Assembly: GCA_963924565.1 (NCBI GenBank)
Contig: OZ004615.1
Location: forward strand, 22,382,001 to 22,446,000
Direction: 5' to 3'
Length of the DNA: 64,000 nucleotides
From: Ascidiella aspersa
Lineage: Eukaryota
Positions 28,001 through 43,000 of this stretch are shown piece by piece (positions within the stretch are counted from its first letter, which is position 1; every line of letters starts with the position of its first letter). A program made the position numbers and the translations under genes. The notes beneath the pieces were generated by a model, which was not told the origin of the DNA, did no database searches, and saw nothing but the letters and a program-made list of their open reading frames with translations.

Positions 28001-31000
28001 CTGTTTTGCTGCGAAAAATGTCGGTTTCTTCATTTCAAGGCTATAACACCTCTTTTTGCGCCAAAATCTACATTAAATGTGGTGCAAAATCTCGATTAAG
28101 CTAATCTCGCGTACTTTGTCTTGTTGTTCTTGGACCCTTCAGATTTTCGGTCTTCAGGATCACTTACGCAATGCCGTGACCAATCGTTGTTTTGGAAACC
28201 GGGCGACCGCCGAAGTCATTAGCCTCTGCCCAGTTCAGCTCGGGCGAAATTAGGCGGCGGTTTTTTTCTTCGCGATAAAATCATACATTTCTAGCCGTCC
28301 GCGCAAAAACGGAATCTAATGCAAGTAGAGCGCTTGATTCAAGATATCGTAGCCGCATCTTTAAATCGGGCGGTCAAAATGCACTCTGTTTTTCTCGCTT
28401 TGCGGCGCAACTAAAATAATTGGCAATCATTTTCGAGGTTTTCGGTCTGGTTTACGTAGGCAAAAGTTGACTCTGTTAGATTCCTTCGAAGTGTTTTATC
28501 GTTTAAGGTAGAGTAATTGCCGATTTGCTGACGACAGACTGCCGTTTGTTTGTTGTCGGATTTCTGTTGAAGTAACAAACCAGGCATTGACGCACATTCG
28601 TTCAAAAAGTGCATCGTTTTATCTTCAGCCTGCAAATTATGGACATAAACAATATGAAACAAAATCGATTAATTTGTCTTTTAGGCCTTTAAGTTAAATG
28701 TCACACAATCTTACCCACTGTTTCACATTTTGATGTTTCAAAGTGTTTAAAAAGATCTTAAATATTTGTTGCAATGCCACATCGGGAAAGAATGAAACAA
28801 TCGCATTTTTTAGGTTTCTAGCTATAAATACTCGGTTAGTATACTAAAATAAATGGCTGTTGTAGTTTACATACACGGTGTATCCCTTAAGTATCTCTGG
28901 GTAAGAGAAAGCTGATTGTTATACAGCCGCATTGTAAAGAAGGCTACAAAATAATAAAACGTGCCAGTTATTTATAGGCAAGACCACCCAAAGGATTTGA
29001 CTCAAGCCTCTATACTATTTCTGTTATATTTCTGTTGTTGCACAATGTTTTGCACTCGTTTAAAGTTTTATTGTGTCCTGAAGTAAAGGTTCAAAAGAAT
29101 ATTTTTGTGTGTACTGCGACCACAAAGAAGAAAATGGCGAAATTAAGCCGAAATCCTGTGTTTGTAACGACAAAGTTATATAGTACTGCCAATGCTGCCA
29201 GTAAAACTGGTCACAAATAGGGAAGGCATCTTTAGTTGTCGACAAATGTAAAGATATTTTACTTTGAAGAAATCTACTTACCTGTAGCAAATGATATAAA
29301 AAAGCCTTACATTGCGACGAGCGTGCGAGTTCGCATTGACTATTCAAATAACTCTACGTCGTGAAAACAAGTTACGCAAACTGTTGCAATTTTATACTCA
29401 GCACAAGATTGCGACGTTGTAGGTCGACGCCCCACACTAGGAAATTCCTTCAACTGACAGGCTTTATGGCTTGTGCCTTCGTGAGTAGTGCTTTGCCACT
29501 TCTTTCCTTCAGAGCTGGAGACAGCTGAAAGTCCACCGAAAACGGCTTTTACAGGAATCGCAACGAATCAAAATATTTTGCAGGTTTTTCTGATAGGATA
29601 TTGGTGTTTCGCCGGCGACTGGGTTCGAAGCGTCCAAGCTGCTCGCCATATTAGGAGCTTCGGTTGTTATATGCCTTTTAACTATCCTTCAAAACTATAC
29701 TCAGCTTAAAGTATACCTAAAACGGCTATTTCAGGAATGGATATATTTTGCAGTTGTTTGATAGGACATGTGTTTTTCACCGTCAACTGGATTTGTAACG
29801 TTCAAGCTGCTGGCCGTATTAGGAGCTTAGAAAGTTCTTTTTCCCCTAACTGTCCTTGAGAGTTATAGACAGTTGTCCGCCGAAAACGACTTTTCCGGGA
29901 ATTGCACCGAACGAAATATATTGCAGGCTTTTTGATAGAACGTGTGTTTTTCGCCGTCAACTGGGTTCGAAGCTTCCAAGCTGCTGGCCATATTAGGAAC
30001 TTTGGACGTTCTTTGCAGCTGTGAGCGTGGGTTAAAGCCGTAAAACAAGCTTGCCTGATGATAGCTCGCGTGTGGACTATTCCGCGCCGGGGTCGGCAAT
30101 CTTGCGTCGGGCGATGTGCCCATTGCGGCAATCGAAGGGATTTAGATCACTATCAGACATTGTCGGAAAACCCGTGAAATTCGCGCCAGTTTTAAAACAA
30201 CCGCACGACGGCCATGACCCATAGGATGGAGAGTTTATTTTGTCAAGTTGCTTTAAGCAGCGCCTGGAATGCAAGGTTTTCTCGCAAAATATTAGATTGA
30301 TTTCTTGCATAAGCGGCAACACGTAGCTCGCCTTTACACGCGACGGCTCGTGTCCTTGTGAGTTCGCGGTCGCACTGGGCTAATCTTGACACGTATACTG
30401 ACAAGTTTATTGCTCGATCATAGCCCCGCACGCAACACGGGCTTAAATGCCATGGCATTTGCAGCGAACAGAAACCGAAAAGTATATAGCTCATTTAACC
30501 GACAGGTGCACATCAGGGCAACATCACGTATAGTCGAGGTCTAATGGGTTGCCCGAAGGGTGGCCATCAGTTGTTAACTTCAGCTTTTAGAACCCCGTTT
30601 GTTTAAGGTCTAACATCATTTATATCAATATGTTTAAACAAAAAAAAACCTATCGAAAGATGATGTGTTTTCTTTCGAAAATTAATGTGAGCGTTTGGGG
30701 TAGCAGCAACCATCTATTGTCATGTTTTAGTTAAAAAATAACTTTTTGCTTGAATATTCGAACAATTAAGAGAAAAAAATTAATAAAATAGTTAACATTG
30801 AAGAAGGAAATATTTGGGAGGATGTGGAACAATTAAGAGCCGTCACTTAATGTATTCTTTCAACTTAGTAGACTGACTATATACAGCGATTTTTAGCGTA
30901 CATATTTTATCGAGTTTTATTCTTCGATTCTCATCTCAATGCAGTTTACAGCGAGCGTTATATAACGTTAGTTCGTTTTACATGAAGCTGGCAACGTATG

Positions 31001-34000
31001 AGATGACTTTTAGATTACACTGGATTTAGACGTTTAACGCCAAAGTATCTTCAAAAGCTGTTACTTGGAACGCTTAAGACGAAGATTGTAATCATGGAAA
31101 AGCGAAAATGCATGTATACAATTAAATATTGTGGGAATTTGTTTGAAAGGTTAAGCACCATGCCTAAACAAAAGGGCTGCAGCGAGCCTTTTTAGCAGAA
31201 ATCGAACAGGACGGATGCGCACTTAAGAAGATTGGCAGTTTTAAACTGATCACCGCAATATTTTGAAGATAAATCTCACAAAATACCATCTGCATTGGAT
31301 CGCCCGACAATCCTCCGTTGAAAAACATCGAAACAAACAAAGCCTTGCCCATTTTGTAAACTTGCTCCTAATGCGTCCGGAACACTGGAGGTTTTTGTGC
31401 TCGCAAAATTTCCCAGAAACTTTAATCAACTCTCAAGCAGGTACGCTATGCGAAACGTGACCGGTCGGGTTTAAGTAGTTTACCACAAAGCTTACGCTAT
31501 GTATAGAAGGACCGTAAGATCAGCAACAAGCAGTGAAATATCTTTGCAAGTGTGCATATCGAAATGTTGGATTTGAGTAAAATAGATATGTTTATTTTGG
31601 GGGAAATGGATTCCCAGGAAGCAGCGAAATACCGTTAGGTGATCACAGATGCTTCCTGATCGCAAACTCGTATAATTAGAGTAAGTGCACACAAAGCGTC
31701 AACACTCTGACAACGGTTTAAAACTGATATTTTTATAAAATAAACAATTCTGCACCGAAAAGTTAGGCAAAATACTTGGGAATTGCCGAAGAGCTCTTTT
31801 TGGTAAAAAAAGCCTTCTCAATTTTTTTGTAAACGTATTTTCGTCGCTTGCAGCAAATCTTTGATCCGCTGATCAAGTATGAATAATGAAGTTGTCTGTC
31901 CTCCAGTTAGCAATTTCTGTACACTTTTAATCAGTAGCAACATAGAAAATTATTATCAAGCTACAACAAAGAAATTCCTTTGGAAATTCCTTTCTAGATT
32001 TTGAACACCGGAAAAATGTTTTTTACAATCCAAATATTTTATAACTCTTTTAGGCTCTAAACATTGGATCAGGTACGACCATTTCTTCTCATCGCTTTCC
32101 CGCTTTTCTCACAGCAAGTGAAGACGCAACGCGATTACGTCACGGTTTCCGCCTTCAAAGAAGAGGCGAGATTACACTTTGGCGGCGAACCACAATGTCA
32201 CAGTCGGCCCAAGTGTAAGCGGACATTTCGTCCAATAAACAGGAGGATTAGTGTGGGCCACCGCGTCTATTAGCCTGTCACAAATCGTGTATCCACTTGG
32301 TAACCGCTTCTTTATCGTGAACTCTTCAGTTGTTGTTCTCTGTACGGCTGCTGCCTTCAGTTTCTTAGCGTTGAACTTTGCAGTTCATAGCGGGAGGCGT
32401 TTTACACAACCAATGAATTGTTTGAGGATCAAAAGGAAGTGGCTTGATAATGAAATGCAAAGCAAAAAAGGTCGAGTAGATCGACATCATCTTGATTAGG
32501 ACCTTTCGATACGAGCTTGCATCATTCTTCAGTTAATGTGGAGTAATGTGGATTTTAGCACAAATATAGCCGTACGATACCAACGAGAGTATGAATGTGT
32601 ATTTGTTTACAATTTTTATCAAAATGTCCACAAACGATGTGTTACATAATCATACGTTACAATGCCTTACATCATCGCTTTAAAAAGTAATAATCTTATC
32701 ACAACTTCAGTAGGTCTTCCATAATCCGTGTGCACCACCCCAACGCAGAGGATTGAAATCTCACAAAGCAAAAAAAATGAGCGCTAAACATCGCTCAGCT
32801 TCGATTCGAGTTTGCTGCGCTATCAAGGCCCGGTGTTTATCAAACGGTGATCTCACCAACAAAGAACGCCTCGGCATTACCTCGGGCTGCCAACCGATTC
32901 GAATCTCCTTCCAAAGTTCCAACTGGTTCGTCTGCTGTTGTCGTCGGCAACAAACATTCGCATTTTCGCTCTAGCACCTGAAGTACAACGCGGGCTGCGA
33001 GTTCAAACAACTAAACCGGAACTCGGGGTTGCGGCTGAAGGGTGGATCGACTCGCGATATTTGCAAGGGTGTGAATTTGGACTAGGGGTGTCCGATAAAA
33101 GAGGATGGGAGTCGATACCCGATCCCAAGTGGTATAGTATCGGTACTTGTACGATACTACGGTAGTATTAATGCCGATCCTAAACCTAATTAACATAGGA
33201 GTTTGAGCCTGGATTTGCGATCGAAACAGCGATTTTTATCTTGAAACACGAATGATAACGATAAAGAAAACTTTCACATATTAACCTGGAAAACATTACC
33301 TTTAATCGATTTAATTTCATAATTCTGCTTTTTTTCGCATTTGTGTGATAAACGGTGAACATTTCGAGAAGTGTTTACTGTCATAGTTTATATAAAGTTA
33401 AAAACGCGCTGGCCAAGCCAAAAGATCGAGAATGAGACGATGTCGTAATCAAGCCTTTTTGGATACCGCTTGACATTTCGCTGCACAGCAATCTTCGTAA
33501 CCGCGCGATTAGCATGCAAACTTGCGGCAACAACCGACGTCGGGCCATCAGGAAGACTTGAGATATATTAATCAACAGGGCGGCGTGCTTGTTTTCCGTG
33601 TTTTTAGCCTAGAAAGCAGCTCATCTTCGCGGCGTAAACTTTTCTAGAAACTGCAAACCTTCAAAAACGCTTCCACAATCCCTCTAAGCGCTCTTGTATC
33701 ACTCACGCCTGTTTGTAAAGCGAGCTTCGTCAAAATATTGGGTCACCGTATTTGCGTGTTGTGTTTTCTTCCAGCCTCCTGGGTAAATTAACCTAATCCG
33801 ACATGTGCTTCGACTATATCGCAGCAGCAGAGCACAAGCGAATTAAGAGAGCGATTATAAACGGATTGTGCAAACGTTCGCCATTTCGTTGAAGGAAAGA
33901 GCAGCGTTCCTCGTCAAATTGACTTGGTTTTATTGCCCGCCTATAATAATTCGTAGAGTCAATAGCAGCAATAGCCTCCCTCGCCATTTTGTTCGATGCT

Positions 34001-37000
34001 GGCGCTAAATCTGTAGTGAGAGTTCAAATCTCTTGATGAGATTAGCTTTGAATGCTTCGATGCCACACCTTTACACTCGAGCAGTGCGCTGCAGTTTGGT
34101 CGTGCCTTCATACTGTTGCTAGTACTTAAAAAAAGTTAAATTTGAACTTTAGAAAAGTTAACTGTCAAGGATTTTTGAAGTTAACTATGAAGAATTCAGC
34201 TGAAATCCGACCGAGCAAAAATAGTGTTATAAACATGGTAGGCAACATACCTTTAAACGAACTTAATTGCATTCGACTGTTAAGACTCTTATTATATTGA
34301 ACAAATGTGTGGCACAATTACCGAAGTTTTCGCCATTAACTCTTTTGTACTTTCCCTGTGCTGTTAGCCAATCGTTGCAAGTTCGATTTTGATTAGTTTT
34401 TAATGTAAGAGAAAACGAAAGAATCGATGGGCCAAGCGCCGGGCGAGATTGGCGAAACGCACCCTTAACGATCCACAAACCGTGAAATTGCCTATCATGT
34501 GTTTCTACCGAGATAAATTGCTATCTGTGCGAAGTCAGCAAACTTTACGAGTTGTGGTCGCAGCCGTTTGCATAGAACTTGACTGTTCTGACAGCTTTCT
34601 TAAACAGAAGTTATTTATTTCGACAGTAGTTGAGCATAAAGACTAAAAAAACTCCAAAAACCGGGTCAAGCCTCTTTTAATGTCATGTCTGGTGCGATAA
34701 ACTTCCGGGAAACGATATTTTGGGTGGGAGGGTTAGATTAAACACTAAGATTTTCGGGAGAAACCCTATAGATAACAAGGCTATTTGACCCTGCCTAATT
34801 TGGATTTCTTTTTCAACTGAAAGATTGTCGCACCCTCATATTTTAACAAGAACACATCAACCAACACGCTCTTCCGAGAAGCGGAACATCTTCCCTTTCC
34901 ATTAGAACAAGTATAAAGGGCTGGCTCACATTGGTAAACATGTAAAAAATACCGAATATGGATTTCGTGTCAAAACGCTCTAAAATTACGCAGCAAATCA
35001 ACTTTCTCCTTTCGATTTTTACAAGCCTATCCCATTGTAAGAAGTATAAACGTTAGAATGCCATGTTGTGTGGAGAAGGTTATATAACTTAGGGCAAAGA
35101 ATAATATGATATTATCTACAAAATGAATCTCATATATTTAAAGCATCACATGGATCTTGCTTAAAAAGGTTGTGAATACCTCAACTTCATACAAAGTAAA
35201 TGGTATTTCCAGCTACCAACTATTTGGCGCACATAATAAAAGTTGGCATAAATTGTCTAATAGTAACAATAGAAAAACCACGCTTATCGAGAAACTCATA
35301 ACAAACTACTATATATATAAGGAGCCGCTAACCCATAACAGGACCATTGAGCATTAATTAGGAATAGTTGAATCGACTAAAAACACGGTCCTCCTCACAC
35401 AAGAGACGAAAAAAATTCGCTAAATCTATTCGTTTTTCGTGCAAAACTTGAGATAAATAACTCGAATTTATATTGAAATGTTAAACTAAAAAAAAGCCAT
35501 TTTGAAAACAGTGACTTAAGTCCAAGTCAAACCATTTGTCCCGAAGCCTTAATTCCAGTGAAGTTTGAAAATAGTGAGTTAGGTCATTACAACACCGCAT
35601 AACTGCGCCGCTCGACTTCTAATTGACAGTGCAATCTCGCTTCTCCGTCGAGATTAGCGTGTGGATACATGGGACAGTTGTGGTGCCTCTAATGCAGGAT
35701 CAGCGCCCTGCTTCGGCGTCGCTTGCCACGCCTTCTACGTAGGTTGCCTGTTTCCAATCAAAACACGATCACACCACCATCTCGACTGCTACCGGCTTGC
35801 TAGGTTTGCGGGTGAACGGATTCAACGAAATTCGCACTAATCTTGGGTCTTGGGTTTGTATTTTTTTCCCGAGCGCCTTACCCTTCGAAACGCGCCGCGG
35901 TTAGGATCGTGATAAGCTAATGCTCGCTGTTTAGTTGTCGGAAAAACAAGTGTCGACCATTGTTTTATTTTTGCAACATTGTTAAGGTATGGAAAATGTT
36001 TTTTTTGGATACATTTCGTACGATTCTAGCAGATATCGTAATTTTAAAACCTTTTGCTAATTTTGCTACGCGTTGTCATTCAACGGTAGGTGTTAATTGC
36101 TGTGTTTGATGAGTTTAAAAGTAACTTACATTCAAGTCTTATTATCGTTTTTTATTCAAGCGCTGGAAACGCGTTAAATGTGAGTTCGAATAGTTGGGTT
36201 CTATGACGATTTTGCTAATAAAACACGTTAGATTTTAGAACGGCCCCCCCAAACATTGTATCTTTAGTCATTAGGCCTACATGCCATAAATGAATTAGAA
36301 AAGAGAAATATTGCGAAAAAACCTTAAATTTCTTCTGTTGTACATTTCAAAAAAGAATTTGTTTTCGGTTGAATCTTAATCCACCAATTAAGATGTTAAC
36401 CAGAGGCACAAATATCGCGCTTCATGCAACTGCCTCGAGGGTTAATACTGGGATCAAAAAATCAGATTGCCGTTCCGTGGTAAAATCCCAAAATAAGTCC
36501 CGCTTAGATTGACAGCGCACCAAAAGCGATTGCAGGGCTATTTCGAAATTTGACACGTACTCAATTTTGCTCGCGGCCCTAAACGGCTGAGAAATTTACG
36601 TGGAATAAACCCGCGCTTTGTTATTTAGGATAGATCTTAGCACCTGTGATATCAGATTACATTGAGGCATTTTAACATAATTTAATTTGATTTAAACGAA
36701 AATTAATCTCTGTATTTGAATTTAACTTGTGTAATGGATGTACATTACTGCCTAATTAAATATATTTCATTCTACAGTTTTATAAAAGGGGGTATCTGCT
36801 GGTCGATACGGCTAAAACTCAAAATCTAAAAACTGGAGTAAATTGCAGGATATGATTGATTTCGCTTTTAAACTTTTAGTTTCAGTTGTTTATCCAAGGA
36901 ATTCGGTTCACTGCACTGCCCAAAAAGTATATATTTGGCATTTTTCGCGACACATCAAGGTTTTAAGCATGATTCACTGCACACCGTGGCGCTTACACTC

Positions 37001-40000
37001 CACGAAGGCGCGAAATAACAACTTCTCGCATGCCGGATCAAACATGGCGCCCGTTTTGCGCGCAGCAGGCGTAAACAAGTGGGACAAATTGTCGCAATTT
37101 GGCCTCGGCAACGAGCCCCGGCGTCTCTTTGAAACGTAATTGCTGGTCTATTTAGCGCGATCCGACCGAAATTCACACCCTTGGCCCGAACCCAATCCTC
37201 TCCAGATGTTCGGAGTGCCCGGAATGCCTTTCAAGGTCACGCCAATGTCACACCGCCCGCGCACGTGTTTACACAAGGAGTTAAAGCGTCTGTAAAAACA
37301 CATTTGCCAAGTTGAATTGCAGCCTTTCTAGCGTTTTCAGGCCCCAAAATTATCCATCACACGAGTCAGACAGCAGGTTTTGCAACATAATGGGAATTTC
37401 AATGTTATACAAGCAGTTTTTTTCTAGAAGTTGCTTTTTATAATCACCAGTAAAACGTTGTTTAGGAAAGAACACGTTACTTAGTTACTGAAGAACCCTC
37501 TAAAAAACATTTTGCTATTTAATATCCTTGATTTTGTCCTAACTTTTCAACCTAGTGTATATAACACCCATTTTCCCAATTTGATTTATCTAGAATAGCC
37601 TTGATTCACTTCACAAACCACTCGTTTGTTGAACCACAATGCTGTTTGTGACGCACAAGCCCTGTTTGCGTTTTTTCAACGTCATAAAAGGCGTGTTGTA
37701 CGTAACGTAGGCGGAGTAAGAACGGTAATGAACGTCAAAAGTTTGATGTCGCGTGCAGCATTGTGATGCGACAATAGTGGTGTCGAGTGCATACACATAA
37801 ACAAGGTCAACTAGGTTTATTGCCCAGTACTTTCATTTTCGTGGAACGCAGTGCTTTCTGAGAAATGACTGTTTCCAACTTAGATCAGTGGTTCTTAACC
37901 TTTTACGGCCTGTGGCCCCCAGTTTAGGTTCCACAAAAATACATTACGATACATCACATTGCGGTTTCTGGGGTCTTACAGCTTTTTTTTACAGCTTTAA
38001 AAAATATAATTAATCTGGATCTGAGATGAGTTGCTTTTGTCCTAAATATTGTTTTTGATAAACTGTACGAGATGTCTAAAAAATGCAAACACTGTTTCCC
38101 ATATCTCATGTATTCTACTGTAATACTATATAGTTTGGGTTTAAACACCTGTAAAGTATCTTACATAAAGAAAAGTACTTCATACCAAGGAAAATTCCTG
38201 ATATTGAATTGCGAAGCCAAAAAAGTCGAGTAGATCGACATCATCTTGATTAAGACGTTTCGATACGAACTTGTATCATCTTCAGTAAATTGGCTTCGTA
38301 ATTTATTATCAAGCTACATTACAGATCCGTGCATAGTGTAAGTAAAATTATTTATTCTTAAAATTGAACTTACTTAGTATACTAATAACCTTTAGGGCCC
38401 ATACAAAGTAGTGCAACTAAGAAAGTATCACGAAATATTTTTTTGCGCTTCACACATTTAACAGAATCATAAAATCCTCATCTTTCTGCAGTGCTCATTA
38501 TCAGTGCGGAGGACTTTGTGGTCCGTGACTTCCTCAAATCCGCAAACCTCAACAAACACGAGAGTGGGGAGTACGCCTACGTCATAGTTGACCTTAGCAA
38601 CAAGCTTGGATCGAGACCCTGGGAGTCAATACTGCCCAACGGAACCCTTGTCAGTGTAAGTCTAGTAGTCAAAATCAGCCCAACGATTAAAAACATTACA
38701 ACATAGCACTTGATAAGAATGTCAAAGCCTATACAGAAGTAGGTGTCAGTTTGAACGTTTGGAATAACTCTTTATTCATTTTCTATATAGTCCTATGTTG
38801 ACTATTTTAAAAATGAATAAAGAGTTATTCGAAACGACACTGGTAATGAATACTGTCCAACGGAACGCTTGTCAGTGTAAGCATGTACAAATTCAGCTCA
38901 AAAATTAAAACATTATAACAGTGATTTTCAACCTTTCATGGCTAACGGCACCCCTTAAAAATATTAAATAGATTTTCGACACCCCGACTGAAATTTTTGT
39001 GTAGTATTTTACTGTAACGTCATAATAAATAGAACTGGAACAACACAATTACCTCAAAACATGTAAGAAAATGTCATTTAATATAATCTCTAATCCTACA
39101 CAAAAAGTTGTATCAAGAAGCTTACGAACTGAGTAAAAACAGATTCTTAAAAATTCTTTAATACCTATTGGCACCCTTGAGCATTAGAAAAGGCAAACCA
39201 GGGCGCCGCAGAACCCCGGTTGAGAACCACTGCATTACAACATATCACTTGTTTTTCAACACATGGGGCGCCGTTTGATTTGGTTGGGTCGCCCACTGCA
39301 GTTTTTCACATTGTTAGATGTGTTTCTTAAATTACTCTGAGCGATATTTCTGGAAAGTTTGTGAAATTTGAAAATACTAAGACATGCCTGAAGCAATGCG
39401 AAGACATGTCTCATATTAATTTATTTCGGACTTCTTTATGCTATTGCTTTATGAGTGTTTTGTTTACTTTAAGATCACAAAAATTTCAGTTAAGAAAATT
39501 GGATCGACAAAGCTTTTTGCTGTAATTCTTATGCTAAGTATTTAGGTCGACACGCAAAAAGGTAGCGAAGCATTTGTTACAGACAAGTAAATCAATCTGA
39601 TACTTTCCAAAATAAAGTTGTCATTGTAGGTGTTTTTAGACTCCATTTCGTAACTTTTAATAAAATATTGTATCAGTCGAAAAATACTAAATTTCGATAC
39701 TGCCTAATGGTGACTTTTCCTAAATGGTGACTTTTTTTTTTCGAACATCCTGAAATTGACGGAATCCAAAGAGTTTTATGACATCATAGTTGCGAGGTCA
39801 CCAACACGTGTTTTCGTACATCCCTCAAAATTCAGGCAATAATTCACCCTTTGTCCACCGCATAAACATGCACTTAAGTTCACATCCAGGCACCAATTGC
39901 CTTTTGCCGCCAAAAGGTTAACGATCTTGCAACGACCTTCACGTGTCAAATAAACGACCTTGAAGGCGTCGATCGGAAAGTCCTGTCCTGCAATCCATCT

Positions 40001-43000
40001 TTCGACTTTGTGACAGTTTTTACATTGCGCAATACCGACGGAAGTTTTGAATTCCGCAACAAACGAAGCATTGTCTCGAGTTTCATGACGTAACAAAGCA
40101 CCTGTTCGCCGTGCAAGATTTGAACGTAAATAAATTGACTTCACGGTCATCAGCTGCACGCTGTGACGTAATCCTCGCCCATAACGCAGCGTAATTTCAG
40201 CTTTGAAGGAAACTGCATGAATGTTAGCGTTAGGACTCGATTTAGCACCTGTGTGTCGTTAGGACACACATAAAACGACCTGTAACTGGAAGTTTCTGGC
40301 TATTTTTATTTATTTAACGACATTATCAGTTTGATTTATAACAGTAAACTCAGGCTCTGTTGCGCTGTATTTGCAAAGCTAACTGGGACAGTACTAGAGT
40401 TGGATGCAAATATGTGATAAAACTTTGTTTGCAACTTGAACTTCAAACACCAAAAGTAACGTTGTAAGAAAGTGGGATTGCATCAGAAAATGGGTTTAGG
40501 CGGTTTTCTATCATCCGAATCTGCACTTCCCAATACCCTATCTCATTTGCAATATAGATAAAAAGCCGCAAACAAGACATTTGCAACGCTGACAGCGAAT
40601 TCTTGCAACGTCAACATGTCAAATGGGTTTGCGTAAAATGGGAAATTTGCGCAATCTTATCGAGATGGTAAATATTGTATATAACTAAAACGCTGTGGTT
40701 TTACACAAAACTTTAACGCCACATTTTTCGACCCTCGCTCGTTAATTATTAGTGACATTTTTCTTATGGATAAATGGTTTGGCTAAAATTCGTTCCGACA
40801 AAAGTTGAAATGTTTGAAACTGTTAAAAGCAAATTATTTCGAGGATCCCTAAATGTTTTTCTAATTATAACTGCTGTCTGGTTTAACTAAAAACGATAGG
40901 TTTATTTTTATGTTTTTAGTTCTACAATTGTTTAATGACAGTTCTTTGCGTGGAAGACAAATACAGGTTTCGTAGAAATTACGTCAAAAAATTCCCGCAC
41001 TATTTTCTCCGAAATATTAGGTAACCTGCCCTTCATTAAATTTTCTTTTTTGTAACTGCAATTTTCTGTTTATAAACCCAACCTAACAGTCAGCAACTTA
41101 ACGTAGCCAGCCCGTCGGTCCATATGTAATATAAACAGTAACCACGAATACCAACAGGGTGCTTCATAGTGCTGAAATATCTTTGAATAGTCACTATACC
41201 TGGAAAGACTCTCCCAGAATAGCAAGCGAACTTGACCACGACGGAATTTGCGCCACTTTAAACCTTTGCCAGACTCAGACGAATCTTTAACCTAGTTCTG
41301 TCGGCAGCTTTGCCATTATCGTTTCTTTATTTTATTGCTAATTTGTTTGTTAATCGCATGCGACCTCTAGCGAGTTATATTTACTTTTTCATTTCTAGCA
41401 AAAAGTTTATAAGTTCTTTCGACCCGACGCATAATTTATTCCGACCTGTCAGTTTTCCAGGAACAATTTTTGGAAGAATTTAAACTATTTTACGTCGCCC
41501 GTAATATAATAAACTACAGGATGAAACTTGTTTAGAGTATTTATATGATTTTAAACGAGCACCTGATGTCCATTGTGTACAAATGGCAATTTCGTTTGCC
41601 TTTACAGATTAAAGGTTATTGACATCAACGCTTTAGAAAATGAAAGTATACAGTAAACCGACAACGATGAGAAATTTACTTAATCTGTTGTCGTTCGCAA
41701 CTGCGCGCGAAAAGTAATCGCTATATCCCGTTAATATGACGTCACAATGCGAGCGTTCGACTATTTGTTTCTCGCCGAAAACCGTGTCAAAAAAACACGA
41801 CAATCAAAAAATAACAAAGAAGGGCGGGCGACTGCAAAAAAAGAGGTTGTTTTTCGCCCAGAACTAGACAGCAACGTCCCGATTCGATTGGGCGATAAAC
41901 TGCCCGTCTGTTTGTTGGCATACGTCACTAAATATGTTGCTTATGCGCACACGGTCCGGTCCAGCTTTGTGTTGTGGTGTTTACAGGCGGTTGCGAGCGA
42001 CACTAAAGTGTAGTCCACTGCGAGCAAGGCCGTGGCCGGAGAATGTATGTACCCCGAAAAGGCCTTAGGTACAGAAGCTCTTGTTTGTTTCGCAAATCGA
42101 CTGGTACCTGGACGTACTTCGTCGTTCGCCCATTTTTTCGCTTTTTTGTCACTAAAAAACGGCTGAAATGCGAGAGTTGAAAACTGGAGAAGAGACTTCT
42201 TCTGCATGACAAGTTTGGTTACGAAAAAATATACCAAGACCCATATCTAGTTCTGTTAATAAACTTTACAAATTAATGTGGCAAAAAATACGACGGTCCT
42301 TGTAATAAAAAATGCCGCAGCTCCTTTAAAAAAGCTACCACCATAGCTTTGTTACAAGATTATTTTGCTATCAATGAAAAAACAAAAAAAAAACTTAGAT
42401 AAAGGTTAAGGTCGAATCCGCAAATTCTAGACTGCGTGATATAAAAAATATGACAAACTTTTTAACGTCTAAAAAATGGTTATAAAGTGCGCTGTTTTCA
42501 GGTAGACGTTGAAATCCACTTTAGCGACCTACGAACCTCCCGTTGAACTTTTAAACATAAAAACCCACTTTAAAATAAAGCGCCAATATTCTGAGAAAAG
42601 TTGCGCGTTGCATTTTAGGCCGGCGAAATTTGTTTTTTGAGCCGCAATTGAGAAATCCCTCTCCTGGTGCGAACTTAAACTTCTCGCGTGCCACCTTCGC
42701 GCTTTAATCCGGACCCCGTGCGTCACTGAGGGCGAAAAACGAAAGAGGCTGGTCGAAAATTGCCCCACGCCCGGCAAAACATGCTAATAACGCCGACCCG
42801 AACGGTATGGAGACATTTGTTGTTTTAAACCAATACCACGCCACGCAAAAATCACAAATTTTCTAATACATACGCGCGTGGAAGACGTTAGACGGTGATT
42901 TGACTGTTTTTTGCTATAAATATGCGCTGCTTATTGTTCTTGTGCCCTCAAAACGTGGCCTACGCAGCCACGCAGACCGCAAGACGTACGTCCGAGCAGC

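Noticed and set aside
28982-28990. Perfect Gli consensus GACCACCCA
   Set aside because: Single 9-mer in AT-rich context; could be chance.
23762-38491. Nested gene in the 14.7-kb intron
   Set aside because: No spliceable exon chain or recognisable protein on either strand by eye; small or non-coding genes cannot be excluded.
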